IMG/VR virus record: IMGVR_UViG_3300025879_000014
Source: an uncultured virus (IMG/VR IMGVR_UViG_3300025879_000014)
Taxonomy: Duplodnaviria > Heunggongvirae > Uroviricota > Caudoviricetes
Strand: one strand, 5' to 3'
DNA: 64,000 nucleotides
Below the pieces are notes generated by a model. The model ran no database searches. It saw only the letters and a list, made by a program, of their open reading frames with translations, and was not told where the DNA came from. Every line of letters begins with the position of its first letter. Position 1 is the first letter of the stretch. Shown here piece after piece: positions 1 to 8,608 of this stretch. Both the position numbers and the translations under genes were made by a program.

Positions 1-1
1 A

Positions 2-319
2 AGAGAACGTCGTCGGGCGATGATACAAAAGAAAAAAGAAAGACTAGAAATTGCGCTCGGAGCAGTTAACTCGGCATTAATGACTAGCGACGCTGTTGCT
101 AAACATAATGCGTTAATGGCTCTTAGCATAATACCGGAATCATATACAGTACAGACTATTCCTGTAACTACATATGAAGAAACGGTTACATTAGATGGCG
201 GTGAAATACCCGACAACAAGAAGGCAAGAAGAGTGAGTTTTGCGCAACAATTGAAGCATGAACAAATGGTGAATTTACAATATGAACAACTCAATCCTAA
301 AAATAAAGGGGAACAATAA
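2..319 (+). CDS. 5'-truncated hypothetical protein, first visible gene of the plus-strand operon
   Basis: Frame is open from position 2 through the ATG at 20; stop overlaps the next start (TAATG at 317-321). Confidence 0.6.
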   Translation, partial: RERRRAMIQKKKERLEIALGAVNSALMTSDAVAKHNALMALSIIPESYTVQTIPVTTYEETVTLDGGEIPDNKKARRVSFAQQLKHEQMVNLQYEQLNPKNKGEQ

Positions 320-819
320 TGTTCAAAAAATCAGTAATTATCGCATCGGCATTTGTAGCTTCTTTGGCACAAGCTCAAGTCGATGTTCCTATAACGGGTA
401 ATGTGGCATCTAAATGCGTTATCACTACCGACACTCCTGGGGTTTATGGTAACCCAGTTTCAAATAAACTAAGCACATTGCCAGTAGATGGTGGTGTTAT
501 GCCCGTCGTTCGATATGATATTATCGAAGCAGATTCGTATAAAGCACAGATTTCGTGGCCAGAGTCTTTTACAACTTCGCCTGCTCTAACAGACGTTGTT
601 AATTGGACTGGCTTAACTGAAATTGCCGAAGTATCAAATGCTGATATGTCGGCTTGGGAAAATACTAAAGTTGAATGGAACAACGTAACTGAATATGACT
701 TATCACTAGCTGGTTCTATTTGGTTTAAGGTATCTTCTACTGCCGATTACGGTTATGACAAATCGTTTCCAGGCGGAACTTATCGTGCCTCGGTGTTAGC
801 AGAATGTATCGCCAAGTAG
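319..819 (+). CDS. Secreted beta-rich protein, fimbrial pilin-like
   Basis: Signal peptide MFKKSVIIASAFVASLAQA; N-terminal VPITGNVASKC and C-terminal GGTYRASVLAEC resemble chaperone-usher pilin ends; RBS AGGGG. Confidence 0.5.
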   Translation: MFKKSVIIASAFVASLAQAQVDVPITGNVASKCVITTDTPGVYGNPVSNKLSTLPVDGGVMPVVRYDIIEADSYKAQISWPESFTTSPALTDVVNWTGLTEIAEVSNADMSAWENTKVEWNNVTEYDLSLAGSIWFKVSSTADYGYDKSFPGGTYRASVLAECIAK

Positions 820-1184
820 TAGTATTATTGTTGGTGTTCTTTTCTTGGAGTTTAAATGCCCACGAATGGACACCAACATACCCTAAACTTGAACAATCGT
901 TTGTATCGAACGTTCTAGTTGCTAATATGAGTTTGTTCAATAACAGAAAGAATATACGGTATTATGAGATATCTGTATTCGATGCTGATTGGAACCCAGT
1001 CGCATATTCAACTGGAGGCAATTCGATACTGAAGATATCTTACCTTCAGAGGAAGAAGGTCGCCGTCTATATTCGTAAACGAGACAGAAACAAAGCAACA
1101 TATATCTGCTCACGGTCTAAGAGTTTACTCAACGCCGATAGTGTTACATATATTTCTTCAAGGATATGTTCTAAGATAAAGTGA
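804..1184 (+). CDS. Secreted protein, possibly fimbrial chaperone-like Ig fold
   Basis: Signal peptide ending SLNA; TPT..L.N....YEISVFD pattern; C-terminal Cys pair. Confidence 0.4.
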   Translation: MYRQVVVLLLVFFSWSLNAHEWTPTYPKLEQSFVSNVLVANMSLFNNRKNIRYYEISVFDADWNPVAYSTGGNSILKISYLQRKKVAVYIRKRDRNKATYICSRSKSLLNADSVTYISSRICSKIK

Positions 1185-1633
1185 GTACCGACGTGAAATA
1201 TTTACTTGTAATAATGACAATAATATGCTTACCAGCGTTTGGGGATAATAGTTCTCTTAACTTAAATATCCCGACTTCACCGCAGAGTTATGCGTCTGAT
1301 CAGTTTAGGGCTGGCGACATGGATTGCCGTCAAGCTATAGGATCGTCGACTAACCTTGAGTTTGGTGTTGTTGGGGTAATGAATCAGAACGACCAGTTTC
1401 AGTCTAATGTAATAGTTGATCCTAATAGTCAATTTAATTCTAACGACATTATGAAAGATATCGGTGTATATGCTCGTATTACAATTCCTATCGGTGCGCC
1501 AAAAGAACGTATCGATTGTAATGCGTTTTTCCGATTAGAGATGGAGCGTAGAAGGTTAGAGGTTCTTAAACTACAACAAGAATTAACCAATTTACGAAGG
1601 TTACAATTCGAAGGCGATAACGATGACAAATAA
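1181..1633 (+). CDS. Secreted hypothetical protein with C-terminal coiled coil
   Basis: GTG start overlapping the upstream stop; signal peptide (PAFG); two Cys in the mature part; heptad C-terminus. Confidence 0.6.
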   Translation: MSTDVKYLLVIMTIICLPAFGDNSSLNLNIPTSPQSYASDQFRAGDMDCRQAIGSSTNLEFGVVGVMNQNDQFQSNVIVDPNSQFNSNDIMKDIGVYARITIPIGAPKERIDCNAFFRLEMERRRLEVLKLQQELTNLRRLQFEGDNDDK

Positions 1634-2210
1634 AGATTTGGGTCAAATGACCGAGAATGTCGAAGAAGGCATCGAGAATCTAAAAGAAGAAATAGCAAAT
1701 AAAGAGTTTAGATTATTTGGTATTAAAATGACCCCTGCTACTATTATGGGAGCGTTTGCTTTAATTGGTTCTATACTTGGTACTATGTACGCAGGGTTCG
1801 AATCGTATAAAGCGTTCCAAGAAATGGCAGAGAAATTAGCTGTACTGGATATTGAAGCGGTCGAAGCTCGTAACGTTGAGATTGAACGTAAACTCGACGA
1901 TGCTATTGATTATACTCGCGATATAAAGAACGGACTTCGTGACGACCTAATATCAATGGAAGGTCAAGTTGATAGGGTAGAGGACGATATGCGCGAATTA
2001 GAAAATAGGTTGCGTACGATGATACGTGAAGCGCAAACGAGTTTTGATAATAAGCGAGATAGGTTACAAACCGACTACGATTCTAGAGCGCAGAGGTTAC
2101 AGGATAGGTCTGATTCCGAAATAAAGGATCTCAGGGCTGAAATGGATAAACTCCGAAAAGAGCTCGAAGAAAGAATACAGAAAGCCTTGGATAACCCCTT
2201 ATCTGATTAA
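1623..2210 (+). CDS. Membrane-anchored coiled-coil protein
   Basis: One hydrophobic helix (IMGAFALIGSILGTMYAGF) followed by a long charged coiled coil. Confidence 0.65.
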   Translation: MTNKDLGQMTENVEEGIENLKEEIANKEFRLFGIKMTPATIMGAFALIGSILGTMYAGFESYKAFQEMAEKLAVLDIEAVEARNVEIERKLDDAIDYTRDIKNGLRDDLISMEGQVDRVEDDMRELENRLRTMIREAQTSFDNKRDRLQTDYDSRAQRLQDRSDSEIKDLRAEMDKLRKELEERIQKALDNPLSD

Positions 2211-2212
2211 AA

Positions 2213-2335
2213 CTAAGCCCAGTCTTTACACTGGGCTTTTTTATGCTTACTGTAGCCACGTTTGGCTTTGGCTTTACGGTCGTCGTGCTTTAAACACTTA
2301 TTGAATTTATGAGCGTGTTTGGCTACAGGGTTCAT
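2213..2335 (-). CDS. 40-aa basic peptide (MNPVAKHAHKFNK...KRGYSKHK), not in the ORF track
   Basis: Translated by hand; ATG directly after the groES stop; Lys/His-rich. Confidence 0.6.
   Translation of the reverse strand: MNPVAKHAHKFNKCLKHDDRKAKAKRGYSKHKKAQCKDWA
2215..2242 (+). terminator. Intrinsic terminator at the convergence of the plus and minus transcription units
   Basis: AAGCCCAGT-CTTTAC-ACTGGGCTT followed by a T run. Confidence 0.8.
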
Positions 2336-2336
2336 T

Positions 2337-2594
2337 CTACTCATCCATAATAACTAGAATATCGTCTTCCGATAATACAGCTTGCTGCTGTGATCCGATA
2401 TTCAACGGTTTAGCCATTTGCCAATTAGGCAATACCGTATCGCCGACCTTAACTGTTTCAACTTCAGGTCCGACGAACATAACAACTCCCATCTTTACGG
2501 TATCCTTCACTTCAGAAGATAGGATAATACCTGACTGAGTTGTTTTCTTTTTCGCTTCTTGCGCGACTACAATGTTATTCTTTAATGGTCTCAT
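2337..2594 (-). CDS. groES: Co-chaperonin GroES
   Basis: MRPLKNNIVV...TTQSGIIL...GVVMFVGP...VKVGDTV...EDDIL. Confidence 0.9.
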   Translation of the reverse strand: MRPLKNNIVVAQEAKKKTTQSGIILSSEVKDTVKMGVVMFVGPEVETVKVGDTVLPNWQMAKPLNIGSQQQAVLSEDDILVIMDE

Positions 2595-2603
2595 TTCAAT
2601 TCC

Positions 2604-2762
2604 TTACCAATGCCGAACGGCATTTGCTATTATAAACATATTAGTAATTACTGCTTGGGTGATCAAAAACGTTCGAAGCCAAGCAACTTTATCTGCTTCT
2701 TTATCGTCAGGCGATGACTTCTCGCCTAATGCCTTTGCCCACAATCTCCATAACTTTTTCAA
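2604..2762 (-). CDS. 52-aa membrane peptide (MKKLWRLWAKALGEK...ANAVRHW), not in the ORF track
   Basis: TTG start with AAGGA RBS; fills the gap between genes; one hydrophobic helix. Confidence 0.65.
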   Translation of the reverse strand: MKKLWRLWAKALGEKSSPDDKEADKVAWLRTFLITQAVITNMFIIANAVRHW

Positions 2763-2771
2763 GTTAGATCC

Positions 2772-2969
2772 TTACAGATATTTGTCAATCATCTCTAATT
2801 GGTCATGGTATTTAGCCACTAGTTCTAGCTCTTGCTCGATTGCTTCCATCACGTCGGGATGCTCCCCAATACCTGCTGGATTTTCGAGGTAGACCTCAAC
2901 GTTCATTTTATGCTTATTGATATGACCAATAGCATGCGAGCGTAACGACTCGATAATTTTATCTCTCAT
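2772..2969 (-). CDS. Hypothetical protein typical of marine T4-like phages
   Basis: NVEVYLENPAGIGEHPD motif. Confidence 0.7.
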   Translation of the reverse strand: MRDKIIESLRSHAIGHINKHKMNVEVYLENPAGIGEHPDVMEAIEQELELVAKYHDQLEMIDKYL

Positions 2970-2980
2970 TTTAGATTCCC

Positions 2981-3559
2981 TTAATCCGTAATAATGTTAT
3001 ATATATCTTTCCAGTTATTGACTTTGGTTATCCCTTCCGCTTCGAACATACTGTTATGATTGTGTCTCATAAGAATGCTTTCTAAACCAACTCCAGCGCC
3101 AACTTCGGCATTCTCTGGTTTATCTTCTACCCAGTAACAACCAGTTCCGCGATAGACTTCTAACTCCTCGTCTTTATCCGCACCAGTATCAAGGTAGACA
3201 TACTTCTCGAATACCGTAGGTCCAAACAACTCAATCAAGTTTTTTGTACGTAGGTGCTGAGAGTAGTAATCGTTAGATAAAGAAGTAATCGCATGGAATA
3301 CATACCCGTGATCTTCGTGTAACTTCTTAACATACTTAATTGCATCACGTAGAGGTGGCAACTTACGAATAGTCGCACTCTCATTAAACATACGGATAAG
3401 CATTTTACATAACTTCTTATCTATACCATATCTAACGTCCATTTCATAAACGTCCGTACGAGTTTCTTCAAACCCATGACGAGTCATCCATTGCCCAAAG
3501 GCATACTCCCAGTCCAATAGAACTCCATCACAATCTACTAATATCACTTTATCTTTCAT
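2981..3559 (-). CDS. HAD-superfamily hydrolase (5'(3')-deoxyribonucleotidase / T4 gp30.2-like)
   Basis: DCDGVLLDW motif I; WVEDKPEN motif IV. Confidence 0.8.
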   Translation of the reverse strand: MKDKVILVDCDGVLLDWEYAFGQWMTRHGFEETRTDVYEMDVRYGIDKKLCKMLIRMFNESATIRKLPPLRDAIKYVKKLHEDHGYVFHAITSLSNDYYSQHLRTKNLIELFGPTVFEKYVYLDTGADKDEELEVYRGTGCYWVEDKPENAEVGAGVGLESILMRHNHNSMFEAEGITKVNNWKDIYNIITD

Positions 3560-3568
3560 AATAATTCC

Positions 3569-3922
3569 TTACGCTATGCCAGTCCAACGAATGCTATTCG
3601 GCATGTTATCAAATATGTTTCCACGGGCGAAGTTAGTAGCTGGACCAGACCAGCTCGCAGCCATTAGCAAATCGCCAGTTTTAAACTTCTTACTATCTTT
3701 ACGGCATACAAATCCAGCCACAGAACGGTGACTGCCATCTTCGTCCGTTCTAATGATCTTATCATAAGAGCGACCAGTACTTACTACGTACATACCTTCA
3801 GTTTGGGCGAAGGCTTCGTCGAAATCTTTAGTAGAACCATACTCAGAGCGGATAGTAAACAACGCATAATCAGTACGCATTTTAGTAATAACTTCATTTA
3901 TCATTTCAACATAATCATTCAT
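3569..3922 (-). CDS. Early hypothetical protein
   Basis: Directly downstream of a consensus promoter; GDLLMAASW..PA...ARGNI motif; start at 3922 inferred. Confidence 0.65.
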   Translation of the reverse strand: MNDYVEMINEVITKMRTDYALFTIRSEYGSTKDFDEAFAQTEGMYVVSTGRSYDKIIRTDEDGSHRSVAGFVCRKDSKKFKTGDLLMAASWSGPATNFARGNIFDNMPNSIRWTGIA

Positions 3923-3953
3923 AATATATTCTCTCAATCAATTCAATACAAGT

Positions 3954-3982
3954 ATTATATAATAAAAAAAGAGGCAAGTAAA
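3954..3982 (-). promoter_or_regulatory. Sigma70-type phage promoter
   Basis: TTTACT-N17-TATAAT. Confidence 0.85.
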
Positions 3983-3992
3983 GCCTCTTTTT
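3964..3992 (-). terminator. Terminator whose loop contains the -35 hexamer
   Basis: AAAAAGAGGC-TTTACTT-GCCTC-TTTTTTT. Confidence 0.7.
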
Positions 3993-4018
3993 ATACCGAT
4001 TTGCTATATGCTTATAAC

Positions 4019-4651
4019 TTAATCTAATAACTCTAACTGAGTTCCTTCTTCGGGTTTATCTTCTTCGGCTTCCTCTTCAGCCAACTTCATTTGGAGTTTC
4101 TCAGCCTTAACTCGAACTCGGTCAGTAACTTCTTCGCCGTTCATCCATAGGTCTTTGTTATTAAGCATCATTTCGATTTCTTCTTCAGATAGGAAATCTT
4201 CATATACTGTACGGAGCAAGTTCTGTGCCCATTTACTTTCATATTCTAATCGATCTAGCATTTCTCCGCCTTTACCGAACATACCACCAGAGTAGTTATG
4301 GAACATAAACATAGAGTGTTCAGATACTTCTACGATATCAGCCTGTAGGAAAATCATAGTAGCAGCTGACATACATTCGCCTTCTACAGAACAGATAACC
4401 GTAGCCGAAGTTTCCGATAATGCTCGCATCAACTGGATAGTAGTAAGCAAATCGCCACCAGGAGAGTTGATATGAATTTTGATAATATCGTTCTCGGTAC
4501 AGTTACGAATAGTGTTAAACCAATCTACATAATCTTCGGCACTGCCGATCTGATATAGGTAGAACGAATGAACGAATGTCGCGGGAGTTGTAAAATAAGC
4601 TGGACCGCCACGTAGTGCTTTTGTCAAATCAAGGTTTTCATTACTTTTCAT
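4019..4651 (-). CDS. clpP: ClpP-family serine protease
   Basis: IHINSPGG, CMSAAT (catalytic Ser), MFHNY (catalytic His). Confidence 0.85.
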   Translation of the reverse strand: MKSNENLDLTKALRGGPAYFTTPATFVHSFYLYQIGSAEDYVDWFNTIRNCTENDIIKIHINSPGGDLLTTIQLMRALSETSATVICSVEGECMSAATMIFLQADIVEVSEHSMFMFHNYSGGMFGKGGEMLDRLEYESKWAQNLLRTVYEDFLSEEEIEMMLNNKDLWMNGEEVTDRVRVKAEKLQMKLAEEEAEEDKPEEGTQLELLD

Positions 4652-4790
4652 TTAGTTTTTCCTTTAGTTCCTCGATAGTATTTTCGAGGTGTTTAATATA
4701 GTTATACACGTCTTGCTTGTTACATAGTGTTTGGCAACACATACTAAGTTCTTCGTAACAATCTTTACGAATTTCTTCTTCTGAATTCAT
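4641..4790 (-). CDS. Small hypothetical protein
   Basis: MNSEEEIRKDC start; overlaps both neighbours in operon fashion. Confidence 0.5.
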   Translation of the reverse strand: MNSEEEIRKDCYEELSMCCQTLCNKQDVYNYIKHLENTIEELKEKLNEK

Positions 4791-5430
4791 CGATAGTCTC
4801 CAGTAGTTTACCGCTCCAATTATCCCTATGCTCGATAAACACCTGAGGATTATCTGAGTCAACGGCAACGATAGTAACCAATTGAGTTATAGGCATTCCT
4901 GTACGTTCTTCCCATGCTATAGCGTAAAACGTTTCCTGTATGTAGTAGTTGGTGATCCATTCGGATTTCTTAGCTTTCTTTGAAGTCTTAAAGTCAATTA
5001 TAGATAGCTTACCATCAAACTCAGCCACACAATCCACACGACCAGCAACCCCCAAGTGAACCGAGTAAAGGGGAGCCTCTTGCGCATAGACCCGACCAAT
5101 ACGTGAATCCAGAATGCGTTGTAGATCAAGAAAACTAGAAAGAATATCAGGAGTGTATCCATTTTTGAAATCTTCCTCGTTGTTGATGTACTTTTCTATA
5201 ATCTCATGAACGGCTGTACCACGAGTAGCAGCTCTATAAGAAATCCTATCGGCTTCTTCTTCGCCTACTCGTTCGCGCCATTTAGCGATCGATTCTTCAG
5301 AAAGAATAGAGAGTACGGTTGTAATAGAAGGGTATGCTTTACCCTCCGGCGTTAGGTAATGACGCTTCGCAAATTCCGTAGCGTAGTGTAGATCATCATA
5401 ACCAAAATCAGTATCAATATGTGTAAACAT
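4765..5430 (-). CDS. PD-(D/E)XK exonuclease (lambda-exo/Cas4-like)
   Basis: YPSITTVL, RGTAVH, AGRVDC, IIDFKTS, Q...YA motifs. Confidence 0.85.
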   Translation of the reverse strand: MFTHIDTDFGYDDLHYATEFAKRHYLTPEGKAYPSITTVLSILSEESIAKWRERVGEEEADRISYRAATRGTAVHEIIEKYINNEEDFKNGYTPDILSSFLDLQRILDSRIGRVYAQEAPLYSVHLGVAGRVDCVAEFDGKLSIIDFKTSKKAKKSEWITNYYIQETFYAIAWEERTGMPITQLVTIVAVDSDNPQVFIEHRDNWSGKLLETIDEFRRRNS

Positions 5431-6119
5431 TATAGATTAATCTTCATCATTTCTTTGGTCATAATATAGTCGCGAACTATTCCAGAACGAACAATATCTT
5501 GCCAGCCAAACTCAACTACTGAGAATCGGTTTAACTTCTCTACGATAGATAAGAACTTGGTGATACCTTCCCTATCCCCTTGACGATGGAAGTCCGATTG
5601 ATAGTAATCCCCACACATAATCATACGGCAATCAGAACCAAGACGAGTAATAACTGAGTCAAGCTCGTGTCCGTTCAAGTTTTGCATCTCATCTACTACC
5701 ACGATAGCATTAGATAAAGTCACGCCACGAATAAACGAAGTAGACATAAATTGTACTGTATCGAAGTTAGTCAGTTTCAACCATGCCGTAGAATCGTCGA
5801 ATAACTCTGTACAAATACTTTTATATGGACCAGTATATGCTTCTTTCTTTTCTTCCTCGTCTCCTGGCAAAAAGCCAATATCTCGAGTAGGTACGATAGA
5901 ACGAATTACTATGACTTGATCGTATGGAGTAGACTTATCTAACACCTGTTCTAGAGCAAGGTAGATTCCCATAAACGTTTTACCAGTACCTGCCGAACCG
6001 TTTAAGATAAGGTGGTTTCCCTTTTTCCAATCATTAAATGCGATATTCTGATTATCAGTAATCGGTTCAATTTGACGTAGGTTATCAATCTTGAGTTTCT
6101 GCGGTTTGTTTTGCATCAA
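5430..6119 (-). CDS. phoH: PhoH-family ATPase
   Basis: GSAGTGKT Walker A, IGFLPG, RGVT, VDEMQN, GDYYQSD, DIVRS. Confidence 0.92.
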   Translation of the reverse strand: MMQNKPQKLKIDNLRQIEPITDNQNIAFNDWKKGNHLILNGSAGTGKTFMGIYLALEQVLDKSTPYDQVIVIRSIVPTRDIGFLPGDEEEKKEAYTGPYKSICTELFDDSTAWLKLTNFDTVQFMSTSFIRGVTLSNAIVVVDEMQNLNGHELDSVITRLGSDCRMIMCGDYYQSDFHRQGDREGITKFLSIVEKLNRFSVVEFGWQDIVRSGIVRDYIMTKEMMKINL

Positions 6120-6374
6120 TTAGTCTCTAATGTTATTAATCTTATGGGTGTCTTTTACTTTAGAAAGGACTTCGCCCCAACCCGAACCAGCTTTCTTTAA
6201 CGATCCTCCGATCTCAGCATTTAAACCTGGAGCCGAAAGGATAGTTTGGTCTACCGAGCCTTCAGCCTGACAAGCTGGGCAAGGTTCTTCGAGCGGTCGT
6301 TTACGGTCGGCGATCTTACAAATCTTAGTAAAATCGTGTTCACATTCTTTACACTTATACGTATAAGTTGGCAT
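6120..6374 (-). CDS. FmdB-like zinc-ribbon protein
   Basis: MPTYTYKCKECEH...CPAC. Confidence 0.8.
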   Translation of the reverse strand: MPTYTYKCKECEHDFTKICKIADRKRPLEEPCPACQAEGSVDQTILSAPGLNAEIGGSLKKAGSGWGEVLSKVKDTHKINNIRD

Positions 6375-6375
6375 A

Positions 6376-6933
6376 TCAATCTCCTTTGAACCATTCGGGT
6401 ACATCTCTTTTACTCCATACCATATTGAATCGTTGCTGTTTAGTTTTGTAGAATTTGCGATAAGATTCTACTGGGTTAGCTTTATCTATACACTCTGGAT
6501 TAGACCCCATCGCAAGTCTAAATGCCGTTTGGCTTCCAGTGGGTATAGTCTTTGGTTGATCTTTTAGGATATATCGTAGCTTAGTATCGGACAAGTGAGT
6601 TTTGCCGTAACGATATTTGTACTCGTCGCAGAGCGCAACGAAATGCTCATAATGCCATTGGTAATTAGCAGACGACTCCATAGTCCATAGCGTGCATGGG
6701 TGCGCAACGTGTGCTGCTTTATACATTATAGATTCTAGGTTATCGTCTTCCATACGCCAGTACTTGACGTTGGTTTTACCTGACACGGATTTGCGGGTTT
6801 CAACAACACCATCTAGTAGCCTATGCGCAGTAGATAGCATCTGTGCCGATTCTAACACCATCTTAACAATATGCTTATCGCATTGTTCTATGGCTGCTAT
6901 CTTCGGGTTTTCGTTTAGTACGAATATGTTCAT
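6376..6933 (-). CDS. Pyrimidine-dimer DNA glycosylase / endonuclease V-like family protein
   Basis: MNIFVL...CDKHIVKM.LESAQMLSTAH...HPCT.W...EY.YRYGK.H. Confidence 0.75.
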   Translation of the reverse strand: MNIFVLNENPKIAAIEQCDKHIVKMVLESAQMLSTAHRLLDGVVETRKSVSGKTNVKYWRMEDDNLESIMYKAAHVAHPCTLWTMESSANYQWHYEHFVALCDEYKYRYGKTHLSDTKLRYILKDQPKTIPTGSQTAFRLAMGSNPECIDKANPVESYRKFYKTKQQRFNMVWSKRDVPEWFKGD

Positions 6934-6959
6934 AATATAATAATCTCAATTCAAAAAGA

Positions 6960-6987
6960 AAGGATAGGGCAATTATACCCTATCCTT
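6960..6987 (-). terminator. Terminator whose loop contains the -10 hexamer
   Basis: AAGGATAGGG-TATAATTG-CCCTATCCTT then TCTTTTT. Confidence 0.7.
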
Positions 6988-7000
6988 GACACTAAGTAAA
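6972..7000 (-). promoter_or_regulatory. Sigma70-type phage promoter
   Basis: TTTACT-N17-TATAAT. Confidence 0.85.
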
Positions 7001-7007
7001 GCCTTTT

Positions 7008-7166
7008 TTATGCTGCCTCCAGGTCGGAAATGTTAGTAGTCAAGAATTCGTATTTTTGTTTAACCTTCTTGGCTGCTTTAGTTTTTCCTTGCTTCTCCAG
7101 ACGAAAGATATAGTGTTTGGTTTCCTTTGCGTCTTTCTTTAAGCGTTCTAGTTGACTAGGAGTCAT
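7008..7166 (-). CDS. 52-aa basic helical protein (MTPSQLERLKKDAKE...), not in the ORF track
   Basis: Translated by hand; RBS AGAGGA. Confidence 0.65.
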   Translation of the reverse strand: MTPSQLERLKKDAKETKHYIFRLEKQGKTKAAKKVKQKYEFLTTNISDLEAA

Positions 7167-7280
7167 ATTGGTTTCCTCTTATGGTTAAATTGAAAACTCA
7201 TAACGAAGCGTAGACTTTACCTCCTTTTCTTATTGTTATCGCAACTCAATGTTGCCGTTGCTTTTGTTAATGATGTATGG

Positions 7281-7703
7281 TTAACTCTTTATCAAATTAT
7301 CCCATACCCCTTGACAAAGCTTCTTGGTAATCCCTTTATATTTTTGCGCTAGTTGCTTATCTTTAACCCAGATAACAAGTTGCGCATCTTTCGGATGGAT
7401 AGATTCCAATAGCTCTATGAACATTGCTTCACGTTTTGCCGGTGGTAACTTTTCCCCTGGACCGCCTTTAACGAAATATCGTAATGTAGTGGACTTATCC
7501 ATTAACGATGCTTTTGGATTTTCGGCTGGGGTGTAAGGTGGTTCACCTTTAGGCAAAAGTGAAAATTGAATAGAATCGTCATATGCGCCTTTAACAACGT
7601 CCCGAATCGCTAAACAGTTTAGTTCATTTAGAACTTCTGCTTTCTCTACTCGGGTAGGTGCTTCGGCTGCTTTCTGTAGTATCTCAAATACGTGTTTAGT
7701 CAT
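7281..7703 (-). CDS. Conserved hypothetical protein of T4-like phages
   Basis: LPKGEPPY...KREAMFIELLESIHP.DA; late-promoter motif upstream. Confidence 0.75.
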   Translation of the reverse strand: MTKHVFEILQKAAEAPTRVEKAEVLNELNCLAIRDVVKGAYDDSIQFSLLPKGEPPYTPAENPKASLMDKSTTLRYFVKGGPGEKLPPAKREAMFIELLESIHPKDAQLVIWVKDKQLAQKYKGITKKLCQGVWDNLIKS

Positions 7704-7705
7704 TA

Positions 7706-8551
7706 TTAGTGGAACTCCTCAATACACTCAATTAACATTTTCATACGATTCTTAATAAGGTAGTTTAAGATTTTCATCTTAGGTGCCGTTTTCTGGCTTT
7801 CAAAGGTATTTATAATTTCCTGTTTTATGGGTTCAGGAGTTTCCGCAAGGTCTACCATTTTAACATTACGGCAATAGTTGCGGTATACTTCCGGATCCAT
7901 AAAGTTCTTTAGGTCTTCAGCGTTATCGGCATAAGCATCAATCTTCTTCTTAGACATAGGCGATTGACGAATCTTATCCACGAATACGTTATCACCAGAA
8001 AGGACGTTAGGAATACCGTCGCCTGAATCACCCTTTAGAATATGCTCGAACAAATACTTACGAGGGTTAGGGTCGTTTACGAACTTCTTAGTGAATGGTG
8101 AATACTGCTTCACGTTAGGATACTTCTGCAACTGGATAAAGTCTTTATCGGCAGATACAATCATAATCTCTTCGTGATTACCAAACTCTTGACTGTTCTC
8201 AACTAAAGTGCCGATAATATCATCAGCTTCAGCGCCACGAACCTTGATCACCTTATAAGGAAAGTTTGCCTTTATGTCTTCAGTAATTTGGTTTAGCGCT
8301 TTGAATAACTTATCCCAGTCGCGACCGTCGTCTTTCCTATTCTTACGGTTGGCTTTATACTGCGGGAACGATTCCTTTCTCCAAGATCCGCCTTCACAAG
8401 CAACAACAACCTGACCATACTTCTGACGAAACATTTTGTTATACATACGGATATTGTTTAGCACGGTGTGGCGGATAAGGTCTTCTTCCATATCGCCTTT
8501 ATGTGCTAGGACTGCTGCCAAAGCAATACCGTTATAGTCTAATAAAATCAT
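7706..8551 (-). CDS. rnh: RNase H / 5'-3' exonuclease (T4 Rnh)
   Basis: WRK..FPQYKANR, EADDIIG, SADKDFIQL, GDSGDGIPN. Confidence 0.92.
   Translation of the reverse strand: MILLDYNGIALAAVLAHKGDMEEDLIRHTVLNNIRMYNKMFRQKYGQVVVACEGGSWRKESFPQYKANRKNRKDDGRDWDKLFKALNQITEDIKANFPYKVIKVRGAEADDIIGTLVENSQEFGNHEEIMIVSADKDFIQLQKYPNVKQYSPFTKKFVNDPNPRKYLFEHILKGDSGDGIPNVLSGDNVFVDKIRQSPMSKKKIDAYADNAEDLKNFMDPEVYRNYCRNVKMVDLAETPEPIKQEIINTFESQKTAPKMKILNYLIKNRMKMLIECIEEFH
7807..7814 (-). promoter_or_regulatory. T4-type late promoter inside rnh
   Basis: TATAAATA about 100 nt upstream of the 7703 start. Confidence 0.55.
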
Positions 8552-8579
8552 TATAATCTCCAATTATCAATTCAAGGGT

Positions 8580-8608
8580 ATTATACCCTACTTTCTTCAA
8601 GAAGTAAA
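8580..8608 (-). promoter_or_regulatory. Sigma70-type phage promoter (rnh)
   Basis: TTTACT-N17-TATAAT. Confidence 0.85.

Noticed and set aside
4765..5430. Cas4 / CRISPR system
   Set aside because: Stand-alone phage exonuclease without the Fe-S Cys cluster; no repeat-spacer array or other cas gene seen
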